Notes under the pieces: model-generated
Database searches by the model: none
The model's input: the letters and a program-made list of their open reading frames with translations, nothing else
What the model was told of the DNA's origin: nothing
Source of the DNA: Geosiphon pyriformis uo1
Lineage: Eukaryota; Fungi; Glomeromycota
NCBI GenBank assembly: GCA_016748015.1
Contig: JAAOMT010000128.1
Span: 2,363,538 to 2,427,537, forward strand
Length of the DNA: 64,000 bases
Direction of reading: 5' to 3'
In this document: piece after piece, positions 25,406 through 39,377 of the stretch
Numbering within the stretch: position 1 is the stretch's first letter
Layout of the letters: the number at the start of each line of letters is the position of its first letter
Translations under genes and position numbers: made by a program

Positions 25406-28400
25406 CTGTATTTTTGCAATATTTTAATAATAATAATAGCATCAACTATCTGTTAACTAGTTTTATTACAATTAAACAAGAAGACATTGAAGCAGTTACC
25501 ATATATTTAAGATGTTTCCATTGAAATCTGTGCCAAATCTAAGCAATTAAAATTGACTATTTTACAACACCACAAATCTTAAATCAATTTATTTATAGAT
25601 TATATAGTAGTCTTTTGCAATAAGTATATTTAATACACCCAAATACTTTCCAAGATGCAATTATTCACACTCAAGATTTTAAATTGGCCAAGCTCAAAGC
25701 TAACTATGCTCAAGCCATAAATTTAGTAATAAATGAATTATCTGAATTGGATACCAAATTAAAACAATTTAGTGATTTAATCAATTAGAAGTTAGAGGAG
25801 TACTTAGTTAACAATCAAACAATTTATCAATCTTCACAATATTGTAAAAATTCAGAAAATTTTAATCACTTTCAACAACAGTTACATCTGTTATTATCAA
25901 ATCAACTATGACAACAAAAAATGTATAATTGCTATTACTGTGTCTCATAGCCACAAGTAATCTATCAACTTCAACAAATTTCAGCACCACTCCAAACTAT
26001 AGTACCAACCAGAAACCAAAGACCAAAGAGTACTTACACTCAACAAAATTGGAGATTAGCAATAGTTATATATTAATTAATCTTCAGTTCATTAAATTAA
26101 CAACTATTAGAATTACATCTTAAGAATTTGAGAAGTGAGTACACTTAAAACTCAAATTTACAAAACTATTTAAGTCTCCTAGTTATCTTAAAAAATGTCT
26201 AATTCAACAAACAGAAAACCAATTAGAACTAATTACTCACCAACAACATTTTACCAGCAACTATTACCAAAGACAAATTACTTGCTGCAATATTCTTTTT
26301 CGAATTTGAAAAACCAACATCAATGTTTTTGTTTAGTAGAGCCATTTTTAATGTTAGACTAATTACTACCATGTATATTAATACCAAAGTTAATGGTCAT
26401 TCTATTAAGCTAATCTTTAATAGTAGTTTAGCAAATAGTATTATTACCTGACAACTTATAAATTAATTAGGTCATTAAGTTGATCATACTGTTAGTGCTA
26501 GAATTATTACCACTAATAGAACAACCAAAACTCCAATTAATAAAATCAACAACTTCCTTTTCAAAGTTAATGGCATTATTATGACTATTAAGATTCTTGT
26601 AATGGAAGTCACATAGTACTAAGTTATTATTAGTAATAACTGGCTGTCCAAGACCAATGTTGTACTTGACTGAAATATTCAGGAGCTATAATTCAGTTAA
26701 GATGATTAGCAAACTTGAGTACCTGTTACCTGTAGCCACTTCAGAACAAACACTACTACACAAATACTACCACTAATTAAATTGGAAAAAGAAAAAAAAA
26801 CCTATCTGGAAAGCATATCAAGTATTATGAACCAAAGAAAACCACAATAAGCTATTATCAATTCTATTTTGAAACAACAAAGAAAAAAAAAAGAGGAAGA
26901 TAAACCACAAGTCATCACCAATACCAATAAAACAGCCAACAGTTAGCATATACTGTACTCAGTAAATACAAAGAAAAAACCACCCTATATTCTTTTTAAG
27001 TGTATCAACTACAAGAAAAAACTTTTATTCATGGAAGCTTGAATAGTTTCAGACAAAGACTACTAGATATAGACCTATTATTATTGTAAACTGTCTTATT
27101 AGAAACGTTTTGGTTATTCAAAATAACAACAGTAAATCATGTCTCACTTGTAAAGAAACTTTACTTGATGAAGAAATATGAAATGACATTCCTAGATGAA
27201 AAAAAACATGTAATGTATTGTGTTAATACACAATTTTCATTAGCAATTGGGTAAGCTAAGGAATGTCTTTTAATGTCACATAAAACCAAGTACTTTTTTA
27301 TTTTAACAATTACTCACATAACAAAAATAAAATTTGGCAAATAGCAAGTGCCAAAGTTAAAGGTGCTTCACCTAGCAAAATACTTGTCATCAAAAACAAT
27401 TTATTAGAACCTGTTAAAACTGTTCTTATTTTTAACTCAGACATATTTTTTGATATTTTAAGCAATTCAGAACAATTCTATAAATATTACTAAGATTTAG
27501 CACTTATTAGAGAAAAATAAAAGCAGCATTTAAAACAATTAAATACAAAACTCTGTAAATATTGTCTTATTTCCAATAACTTTGAATATTGTAATGATTG
27601 TAATATTATTTACAATTCACTACCACATATAATTTATTTGATTTCCAAAAAAAAAAAACCAATTAGCAAATACATATTAGAATTGGAATTGAAAATTAAT
27701 CATGATTTAAACTCTGATAATAATAACAACAATAATTCTAATTCTATTTACTATGGCAACAACAATGACAATTTAAACTCTAATCACAATTCCAAATAAT
27801 ATATTGTGCTTTCAGATCTTTTAATAAAGCAAGAACTAAAATGGTTTAGCAATAACAATGAAAGTATTATGTCAAAATGCATGTATAATATTAATATAGG
27901 GCTTGATCTCAAGTATTTAAGAAAAACTGCCATCAGATTGAAACCTCATTTGCATACTAACATAGATCTGAAAATAACACTAGAAATTTTAGCAATAACA
28001 ATAATATAACTAGTCTTTAGATCTAGTTTAGTGAAAAAAAAATTAATATCAAAGGAGGAATAATTAATGCAAAATATGTAGAAATTATTATTGCAATACT
28101 ACAAATAACTCAGAAAAAAAATATGTAATTGAACCAAATAAAAAGATAATATAGGCAATATTTCTGCTTCTGGTTAAAATAGTTCAGTTAATATTAATAA
28201 GAAACAGGAAAAAATTAGAGATTACAGCAAAAGAGATAAAAGAATTCGAATTAATAGGTAGAATAAATATACTAGTTAATATGGTAAAAAAAAAAACAAT
28301 TGATAAGAAAAAAATTATTTCTATTCATCAATTAATTTTTATTTTACTATATAACTAGTATATAGTAGTTATAGAGAAAAAAGTAAAAGACCAATCCCAA

Positions 28401-31400
28401 ATTTTTGAAGTAAAAACAAATATTTGTAAATCAAAAAAGATTGTCATTATCAATCTTTATATATCTGCCAAGAACAACAAACATATTAAAATTCCAATAT
28501 ACAATACAACTAAAAACTTCATAGAAATATTAAATAAAACCATCATCAAATACTTAAACACAAAAGTTGAAAACCAAATACCAACTATTATTCCAGACTT
28601 TTTACAACTGTATAAATATATGGATATTATATCACAAACCATATATAGACAAAAAAAATGCTATTTGTTGTAATCAGAACAGTTAAAACAAATAAACTTG
28701 GGAAATCTAAACTTATTTTAACAAATACAACTCAAAATACTACTTAACAATTTTACTAATATCTTTGCCAATAAAAATAAATTTGGCAAAACTGACATTA
28801 TTTAATATTAGATCAAAACTGGAGATACAATACTAATTAAATAAAGAGCATACAAAATACTATTAGCCAGCCATAAAATTATCTAACAGAAAATTAATAG
28901 AATATTGAACAATAAGTTAATTCAACTATTAATAAGTCCATAGTTATTACCAATAATACTTGTTTATAAAAAAAATGGAAAAATTCACTTTTGTGTGAAT
29001 TATTGAAAACTCAATAGTATTACTTATAAAGACAGCTATTTAATTTCATAGATTTAGGAATTATTCAATGCTTTTGGAGAAAAAAAATGGTTTTTAACAT
29101 TAGATTTAAATAATGATTACTGGCAAGTAGTTATAAATTTAATAAATAAAGAGAAGACAATATTTATTACTAAAAAAAAAAATTTTGAATTTAATATTAT
29201 GCCATTTGGCTTAACCAATGTTCTAGTTACTTTTTAATGGCTTATGCAAATTGTTTATACCAGATTACTATAAAAATCAGTAGTAGTCTACTTGAATAAC
29301 ACTAATGTGTTTTCTAAAACATTTGACAATTATTTTTATCATCTACAACAAGTGTTTAAAAGACTCAGAAAAGTTGGACTAAAGTTGAATGCTACCAAAT
29401 GCTTCTTTGACAAAATGAAACTCAAGTTTTTAAGACATATTATAAGCAAAAATAGCATCAAAACAAATTCAAATAAAATCAAAATAGTTAAGAACTTTCT
29501 AGTATTAACAAATCTTACAGAATTAAGAGCATTTTTGGAATTTGCTGAATATTATTATTATTTTATTCAGAACTTTTCCAAACTGGCCCAACCACTTCAC
29601 CAGCTTCAAGCAAAAAATATAAAATATGAATAGACTGAAATCCAACAAAAAGCTTTTAATATTGTTATTCATAAAAAAAAAATAGTAGACCAATAAGAGA
29701 GTAATAGTTAGCATGTGAGCACATTGCTTAAGAAATTATAGCACATTGCTCAGAAATGTGAGCAATTTCATAGAACATCAATTATGTATATATAGTGGTA
29801 GCATTAGAAGAAAAAAAAACAGATCTCTCAGTTTAGATTTGATTTAAGCAACTTTCCAATTCAAAAATATTAATAAATAATCATTTGATATCTAAATCAA
29901 CTCTCTACTATTAACACTTTATGTTGATAATATCGAATACTTAACCATGCTGAAACAATAGTTCTTAATTACGGCTATTAACAGGATATTAACTTGAGTT
30001 GCCTTGGCTTATTTCTTATTTTTTTTATGTTATTTCTTTTCTTTTATTTGTTGTTTACTAATTGATTAAAGAATTAAGTGCTGAAGTACAGATGTCATAA
30101 AAACTGGTAAAAGACCTGTGAAACAAGAGTAGAACACTCATAAATTTGAGGATAGCTTACCAGGAAGATTACCAGTATTATAGATGATTATTTAGAGTCT
30201 CAAATCAAATAACAAATCTGTAACTTGGTGCCTAATTGATGTATGAACATTGGTAATTTCTGAAGATGGGTTTTTTCTGAAGGTTTTGGTTGAGTTTTTT
30301 GTATAATAGACAGAGATTCAATTGATAGTTTTATCTATAGCTTCCCAAAACCACAGTTTCATCAATTTTTTTCTTAACATAATGGCCAGTAATTTTTCTG
30401 ATAAGATATTCTTAATTCTGAGTGTTTACTCTTATTCTTAGGTCTTTTACCAGTGCTATATCCTGACATCAGTACCTCTACATATAAATCCTTTTAATCA
30501 AGTTAACAAACAACAAAAATAAAGCAAAAAAAGAAAATAAAAAAAATAAAAAAATTAGGCCAAGGCAATTTGCATGTTAGTATCCCATCAATAGCCATGA
30601 TCAAGAGCTATTGTTCCAGTATGATTAAGTGTCAACAACTATCAACATGAATTGTTGATAATGGAGAGTAGATTGAGATGGTAAATAATTATTTATTGAT
30701 ATTTGTAATATGAAAGATTGCTTAAATCAAATTTAAACTGGGATGTCTGTCTTTTTTTTTTCTAATACTATTACTATATATACATAATTGATGTTTTATA
30801 AGATTGCTTATATTCTCGAGTAATGTGCTATGATTTCTTGAGCAATGCTCATATTGTTGAGCAATATGTCCTAATTTTTTAACATTGTTCTACATTGCTA
30901 AGCAATATGCTATAATTTTTTGACATTGCTCTACATTGCTAAGCAATGTGCCATTATTTCTGATATTGCTCCACATTGCTGAGCAATGTGTTTATGTGCT
31001 AACTACTACTTTTCTATTGGTCTACTATTTTCTATATCTGTTTTTCTTTTTATGAGTAACATTATTTCCTTCTTTTTTAATATTGAGCTCCATCAAAATT
31101 CTCATTTTGAATTATGTCAAATACTTCTTTTTCAAGTAGTGTTTGTTCCACTCTACTCTTTATTTCTTCAATTTGTGAGTTGTTCATTTTTCCTCATTGG
31201 TTAATGATTATTGTTTCTATGTTAGAGTGTAACAATATTTTTGGGTAGTTTTGAAATATAGTGTGTAGTCAATTAATGGTCTTAATATGTAATGTTAAGT
31301 TTGTTTTTTTTCCAATAATGTCTTCAATGTTCTGAATTATCTCTTGGTTGAAGATTCTCTTGGATTTGTTAAGATATAATTTCTAGATATCTACTTTTCA

Positions 31401-34400
31401 TCTCAATTAATAGTAGCAGTATGGTATTGGAAGTTGGTCTATTCATTGGTTTTAATTTTCTTTTGCCAGTTCTTCTGTTGGAATCATAATGGTTATTTTT
31501 TCAAAAGTGTTTTTTACTTTCTCTACTATTTTATCTAATCAGTTTATTGATTGTTTCTGTGATTGCTAGTATGGTGTACTTTTTTTTTTGTTTGGTGTTT
31601 CAATAACAGATTGTTTGATTGTTAATGATAATTTCTATGTTTATTTGTTGTTAACTTAAAGTCTGAAACAATTGTTGAGCTAAAATGTGAATATGATCTA
31701 GTATTTCTATATTTTTTTGTTGCTTTTATCACATATACTGTGTTTTTATATACTCTTTTATTTGTTCAATTTGATGTGTTTGGTTCAATAATTATGATTG
31801 GTTCTAGATCTCATGGAATCTTATCTGGTTAAACTAATATTTTCTGTACTTCTAATTGTGGAATATTACTGGTAGATGATAACACTATATGGTAATATGG
31901 TTTCAGTTGATTACCATGTGCTGCTTTGACTAAGATTTTGTTGTTCCATCTTAATTTATAAGCTCCATTTTCTAGAATTTTTTCTATGTGAAATGGTCCA
32001 TCTTATTTGGGATCAAATTTTTTACTCTATTGTTTTTCTACTTTGGTATAATATAGAAGTACTTTGTCTTTAATCCTGAATTTGATTGGTTTATTTAGTA
32101 GTTGGTTATTGTGTCTTTTTTTTTGTTTTTCTTGTAACTTTTGAATGTTATCAGCTGCTTTTTGCTATTTGTTTTCCAATGTCTCTATTAAGTCATATGT
32201 TTTTCTTAGCAATGTTCTTTGAAAATTTTCTTCTGTTATTGGTTTTGTTGAATATGTTCTAACTTCTATCTCAACTGGTAATGTCACTGTTCTACTATAT
32301 ACTAATTCAAATAGTATTGCTTGTGTAGTGTTTTGTTTTATTGTTCTGTAAGCAAATAATACTGATGGTATAAACAAATTCCATTCGTTCTAGTTTTCTT
32401 GGCTGATCTTGGCTATTGCTTTACACAGTATTCTGTTGAATCTTTTAACTAATTCATTTGTTTGTGGATGGTATGGTTATGATAATGATCTTTTTATTCC
32501 AAATCTTTGACTTAATTCTGTTAATGTTCTATTCACAAAGTAAGTTCTTTGATCTGATAGTAATTCTTTTGGACATCTGTGTTGACAAATTAAGTCTTAA
32601 TAAACAAATTTGGCAACAGATTCTGCATCTGCTTTTTGAATGGCTTTTGTTTCTGGCCATTTTGTGAGATAGTCAATGGCTACTGCAATATATCTGTTGC
32701 TTTTGCTAATTATTGTTAATGATCTGACTAAGTTAATTCCAATGTGATCAAATGATTGTCTCACTTTGATTGGTTTTAATGGTTTATTGGATTTTGTTCT
32801 TCCTCTCTTCTAACAAACATCACAATTTTGAACATATTGAATGATATTTGGATACATTGATGGCCAATAGTATTTTTTTCTGGTTCTTTTCATAATTGCT
32901 TCTTTATAAAAATATCCTGCTGTTGAATCTAAATGTATGTTAAATAATATTGTCTCTTTTTTTGGTTTTGTGATTACTCTGGTTGGTTGATCTGGATTTC
33001 TTTTGTTCTTTTAGTAAAGTATATTTTGATGGTTGATAAAATATTTTGATTGTTGTTTTATGTTTCTTTGTTTTTTTTGAGATAATTTCTTCTTAAACAA
33101 TTTGGTATTTATATAATATTGGAGTTGTTAATATTTTTGTATATTCATCTTTTGTTATATTTTTGGGTTGAAATGTTTTTAGATTTGTCTTATTTGCAAC
33201 AATTCATCAGCATTTCTGTTTTTTTTTCCTTTTTTATAATGTACTGTATAATTAAATAGTGAAAGTTCTATTTTCTATCTGACATGGCGATTGTCTCCAA
33301 ATTCTTGTTTCTGAATTGAAGTCAATTCTTTATGATTAGTGTACACATCAAACTTTTGATTCAAGTATTTTTTCCATTTGGTAACAACCCAATAGATAGC
33401 TAAGTGTTTCAGTACTAGAGTTCTATAGTTTTTTTTAGCTGGACTTAAGCTTCTACTGGTGTAAGCTACTGGATGTTCTTGTCCATCTGGTCTTTTCTGA
33501 GATAATATTGCTCCCAATGCTTGACCAGATACATCTATTGTAATTATGAATGGCTTGCTATGATCCAAATAGATCAGTACTGGGGCTTAAATAAGCTTTC
33601 TTCTTAATGTATCAAAAGCTTCTTGCTGAGTTTCTGTCCATTCATATTTGGTGTTTTTTGTTTGGAGTTGGTGTAGTGGTTAAGTTATTTTGGAAAAGTC
33701 TTTGATAAAGTGGTGGTAGTATCTAGCAAATTCCAAGAATGCTCTTAATTCTGTAAAATTATTTGGTACTGTAAAGTTTTTAACAATCTCAATCTTGTCT
33801 GGATCTGTTTTAATACTGTTTTTGCTCACAACATATCCCAAAAACTTGAGTTTAGTTTTGCCAAAAAAGCATTTGTTTGCATTTAATTTCAATCCTGCTC
33901 ATCTGAATCTTTCAAATACTTGTTGAAAATGATGCAGATAACTATTAAATGTTTTTGAGAACATATTGGTGTTATCCAAGTATACAATTACTGATTTCTA
34001 TAGTAGCCCAGTATAAACAATTTCCATGAGCTGCTGAAAAGTGGCTGGAGCATTTATCAAGCCAAATGGCATAACTTCGAATTCAAAATTTTCTTCTTAT
34101 ATTGTGAAAGCTGTTTTCTCTTTATTTTCTGGTTTCATAGCTACTTGCCAGTAACTACTGTTTAAGTCTAAAGTTGAGAATTATTTTTTTCATCCAAAAG
34201 CATCAAAAAGTTCTTGGATCTTTGGAGTTGGATAGCTATCTCTTTTTGTTACTCTATTTAGTTTCTGGTAATCCACACAAAAGCAGATTTTTCCATTTTT
34301 CTTATGGACTAATACCACTGATAACAACCATGGGCTTATTGATGGTTAAATTAACTCATTGTCAAGCATTCAATTGATTTCTTGATGAATGATCTCATGG

Positions 34401-34939
34401 CTGGCTGGTAGTACTTTGTATGTTCTTTGTTTAATTGGCATTGCATCTCCAATCTTGATCTGATGCTGGATTATGTCAGTTCTGCCAAATTTATTTTTGC
34501 TGGCAAAGATGTTATTGAAGTTGTTTAGTAACAACTTGAGCTGCATATATTGTAGTGAGTCTAGATTTCCTAAGTTTATCTGTTCCAATTGTTCTGGTTA
34601 GAGCAAATAATATTTTTCTCATCTGTATATTGTTTGAAATGTGATATCTATGTATTTGCACAGTTGTGGAAAATCTGGAATGGTGTTTGGCAGTTGGTCT
34701 TCAATTTTAGTGGTTAAATATTCAATGGTGATTCCTTCTGGTATTTTGATAATGTTTCTTGTGTTGTTGTAAATGGAAATTTTGATGTGTCTATGGTTTT
34801 TGGCTGGTATGTGTAGATTGATTAATCCAATTTCTTCTGATTTACAAAGTGTTATTTCTGCTTTAAAAATCTGAATCTGAATTTTTATTTTTCTTTCTAT
34901 AACTACCATGTACTAATCATATGATAGAATAGAGATTGA

Positions 34940-35404
34940 TTAACAGATAGAAATAATTTCTCTCTTGTCAACAACTTTTTCTTCTGTTATATTGACTGGT
35001 ACTTCTATTCTATCTGTTGATTCAAATCCTTGTATCCCTTTTGCTGTTATCTTTAACTCTTTCCTGTTTCCTACTGATACTAATTGAGCTATTTTAACCA
35101 AAGGCAGGAATATTGCCTGTGCTATTTTTTTATTTGGCTCTATGATATAGGCTTTTTCTGAATTATTTTGTAATATAGCAATGATATTTTTTACATATCC
35201 TGTGTTAATTATTCTTCCTCTGATGTTGATTCCTTTTTTCACTAAACTACTTCTGAATGCTAATTGAATCATTGTTGTTGCTAGAATTTTTAATGCTATT
35301 TTAAGATCAATACAGATGCACGAGTGTGATTCTAATTTGATGACATTTTTTTCTGGATATCTCAGATCAAATCTCACATCAGTATCATGTACATGTTTTG
35401 GCAT
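34940..35404 (-). pseudogene. dut: dUTPase domain of element D
   Basis: Decayed motifs 1-5: D..FDL, RSSL, G.I.TGY, KIAQAI, KGIQGFEST. Confidence 0.85.
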
Positions 35405-36086
35405 AATATCTTTGTTATTATTACTGAACTATTTCAGTTTTTGTTTCTTGGTGAGATCAGAAAATGTGATATATGTTTTGGGATTTAAATCAAAGTTTAA
35501 ATTATCGTAATTTTTGTTGCTATTTTGAACTGAACTGGAACTGGTGTTTTTGTTGTTGTTGTTGTCAGAGTTTGAATTAGGATCAAAAATTGATTCCGAT
35601 TCTGATCTGCAGCTGTTGATTGGTTTTTTTTTCTCTGGGATCATGTAGATCATGCATGGTGGTGGATTGTAAATGAGGTCACACTCATTACAATATTGAA
35701 AGTCACAGGGAATTAAACAATATTGACATAATTGAGTATTCAACTGCTCTAAATGCTGCTCTTGTTCTTTTTTAGTGGATGCTAGTCACTGGTAGTATTC
35801 ATAAAATTCTTCCAGATCATCTTCAATGTTGCCAAAGACATCAAAAGTTTGGATATATTTAGGTTCAAGAAAAGATAGTGGGTTGTTTTTGATTTTTAGT
35901 AGTTTATTGGTTGTCACATCTTCTGTTTTCACACTTGTCATTCTCCAAATTTCATGTTTGTTGTGAGAATATCCTTCCAGTTGTCACAATGCTTGTTTCC
36001 AAGCATCATTGATTGGTGTTCCCTTGCATACTCAGTCATTAATTAGGATCATATACTGACATGTTTCATCACACGTTCCTCCATAC

Positions 36087-37097
36087 TGTTATCAGTAAAA
36101 TTTTAGCTATTAATTAGCATGAAATTACCCTTATAATTTTTATAATTAATTAGTATATTAATATCATTTCAAATTATCATTTATTATTTAATCAATTATT
36201 ACATATCACAATTCAATTAAATAATCTAATTAGTATAACAGAAAGTAGGATGATCAAATTACACAATACTCTGAACTTTGTAACATTCTAAAATTCGCTG
36301 AAATTTACAGAAATTCACCAAAATTTATAAGAAATTCACCGAAATTTATAGAAATTCGCCAAAATTATGAATAGTTCACCCAAATTAATCAATAGTTCAG
36401 TGAAATAACTTGTAGTTCATCAAAATATATCTTTAGTTCACCAAAATTTGAGCAAAGAGAAAAAGTGCAAGTTCATAGACTAGTACTACAACAAGTTGTA
36501 TAAAAAAAGAGCTTTTCTCTTCAAGAAAATGTATTTTACTTTAGATTTATTACTTAGAACTGTTCCTCTACACACAAAAAGAAATAAATATCAAATAATT
36601 TGAAAAACCAAATTATTTAATTATTGCACTTGGAAAATCCCCAAAACCCAACTATCATTTCGAAATTGATTAGCTACTAATTTCAGTAAACTGTTAGTGA
36701 CTCCAGGCTTGGATAAGAAAACATTTCTCTTGATAAAATCCTATTTCTTTTACATTTCTTTTATTTTCTTTTATTTTTTTATTATAATCATTAGGGTAGT
36801 CTATAGACGAGATTCCTGTAGAAGAGTTGACTTTCACAGCAAAGTAATTACACATTTTTAGTGAGCTTCCAGACGAGCAATTCTTGGGAAAGAGTTAATG
36901 TTTACTACAATGTAACTACATAAAGTAACTGGCAAAAAATTGGCCATTCCACTTATAAGCCCAGCAGTTCAAATTATAGAAGATAATTTGAAGATAAATT
37001 CAGTTATTGGAAGTTCAACTACTTCTAGAAAACGTAAATTTGCAACCAACAGACAGTTACAACATTCAAAAAAAGAGACCAAAAACCTCCAGTAACA
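36087..37097 (+). mobile_element. Solo E-family LTR inside element D
   Basis: Aligns to 40820-41789 and 61017-62000. TSD ATAC/ACAC. Confidence 0.92.
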
Positions 37098-38723
37098 ACA
37101 CCCAGAAATGTTATTCCACATTTCTTTGTCAGGCAAAATAGTTCCACATATGAGACATGGTTTGTTGTCCTATTTTTTTTGCTGTTTTGGTCGTCCAAAG
37201 CATTCTATGATGCATGAATGACAATAAAATTTTGTTGCTGTAAAGTATTCTTCATTGTTGTCATAGCATGTGCCCATTGATGACAATTTCTTGCCACAAT
37301 TGACACATATGAGCTTTGGTCAGCAATAAGTAAATTGTTGTAGTATAGTATAGATGTAGGAGTTATAAGTGGTAGTGCTAGTGTTTTTTGTTTCTTCTTC
37401 CTTTTCTTTTCTTTTTCCCCTATTGCTTTCTTTTCTCTTCCAAGTTATTAGCTCTTTCTAGTTGTTGTTAGTTCCCCAGACTTGGTCAGAATTCTAGATA
37501 AGTTCTTTTTTTTGCTTTTTTTTCTCATTGTTGTCTTAAGAGAGTATTAATGATAGCTTGTTGTGATTTTCGTCAGCCCAGGAAACTTGGTAAGCTTTCC
37601 AGATGGGTTTCTTTTCTTCTTTCTTGAATTTGATTAGTGGTGCTAATATGATACTGTTTGGTTTGAAGTGGCCACACATGGCTGGTACTCTCATATGTCA
37701 TTTTTTCTAACTGAGCTGTAGTTTCTGCATGTTTTAGTCAAGCACGGCATTGGTTTTGACTAGCCAGTCATTATCAACTAGTGCTTGATACTGCATAGCT
37801 TCTATTACTAAAACCTTGATCGGTGTGATAATACTGTTGACTTTAAATAGAAAATTATCAATCTTGCCAATAGAGGTTTTGGTCACTTTATCAGTTATTA
37901 TTATTCTGGCACTGGTAGCACAATCAATTCAGCAACTTAATTGGTCCATAAATTGTCTTGTAATAATGCTGCCAGTTAATCCACTATCTAGGATCAGTTT
38001 GATGAAATGGCCATCCATTTTAACATCTATGTACATGGTGGTGATTGGTTTTTCTTCAAGCATGACTCCATTGAATAAGAGTGTAGATGCCAGTTTTTTG
38101 AGTTCAAATGGAAAAATTGCTGTTAGTAATTTGTCATTGATAATGGTGGCTAGTAGTATGTTACTAGTAAGTAGTTGTGTTTGTTTGATTTCCAAGTTGT
38201 TAGATGTGGCATCTTCTGGAGTTATCAAGAGACTTAAATAGTTCTGAGAACTCAGGTTTTGAGTGTACTCAATTCCTGAACTCTGCTGACATGATCCTGA
38301 TAGTTGAGTTAAAGAACTGGAGATTGGTTAATGGACTACTATTACTGATCTCCAGCTTTGTTGTATCATTTTTGGTCTTTGGATTCTGTTTTGAGGTAAG
38401 TTTTGTAGCAGTATTTGAATTTGTTGTAGCTGATATAGTACTTAGAACTGCGGTTAATAGATAGATTGTGTTTGCAGCTGATAAATTATGGGCATTGTCA
38501 GTTGATAAATTGGAATTTGATATACTGGCAGTTGATAAATTGGCTGTTGTATTATTTGGGTATAATGAGGTAAGTATTGATCTTGATTTGTATTTTGATA
38601 TGGAGTTTGAAATCTGTAATCAGAGTTTTGATATTGATTCCCAATCATGAGTTATAAAAATGGCAGTTAATTTTCAAATAGCCTTGTTTACCATAATTGT
38701 AACAGATATGTGTCTCTTGCTGC

Positions 38724-39377
38724 TGTTACAGTTTAAGAATTTAGAAAAAAGAATCATAAAAATAATACAAACTATTCAATCATAATATAGCACAGTAATA
38801 ATCTTAGAAAGGTAATGATTAACATAGTAGCAAACACCATCTTGCGATAGTGGCAAGCACCAGTTCACAATAGCAGCCAACACCAACTGGTGATAGCAGC
38901 AAACACCAGGTTGAAATATCAAAAAGAAAGTATTTAAAACTGAACTATCACAACCCAAAGTATTAAGAAACTTACTTGTATTATTTATTGAATGAAACTA
39001 TCATTCATCAACTGAAACCCTTGGAAGAATAATCCTTGATCAAGATTATTCACGTTGTTACTAATTGATAAAAGCTTTATTGTGAGAATTAGAAAAGCGC
39101 TAAAGACCATTAACATTCTGTGTTTTTAGATTAGAAAAACACATCAGGCAATTGCAAGGATAGCCTCAGAGAAGACCCCAGGCCTCTGAGAAGGAGTACA
39201 TAAACACACACAACAATCAAGAATTAAAGAATAACTTACATCACAACAGTAAAAAGAAAGCCTTCAGTGTAACAGTGACACTATCACACAAATAGAATTG
39301 AGGAACTCACGAAAGACTGATTGCAATTAAAGCGGGATATCAGCAATTAAATATAACAAGAAAACCATCCCGTAACA
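38724..39377. mobile_element. Solo LTR of another family ('F') inside element D gag
   Basis: TGTTAC...GTAACA ends, perfect TSD CTGC/CTGC, GCAAACACCA repeats near the left end (probably + orientation). Confidence 0.85.
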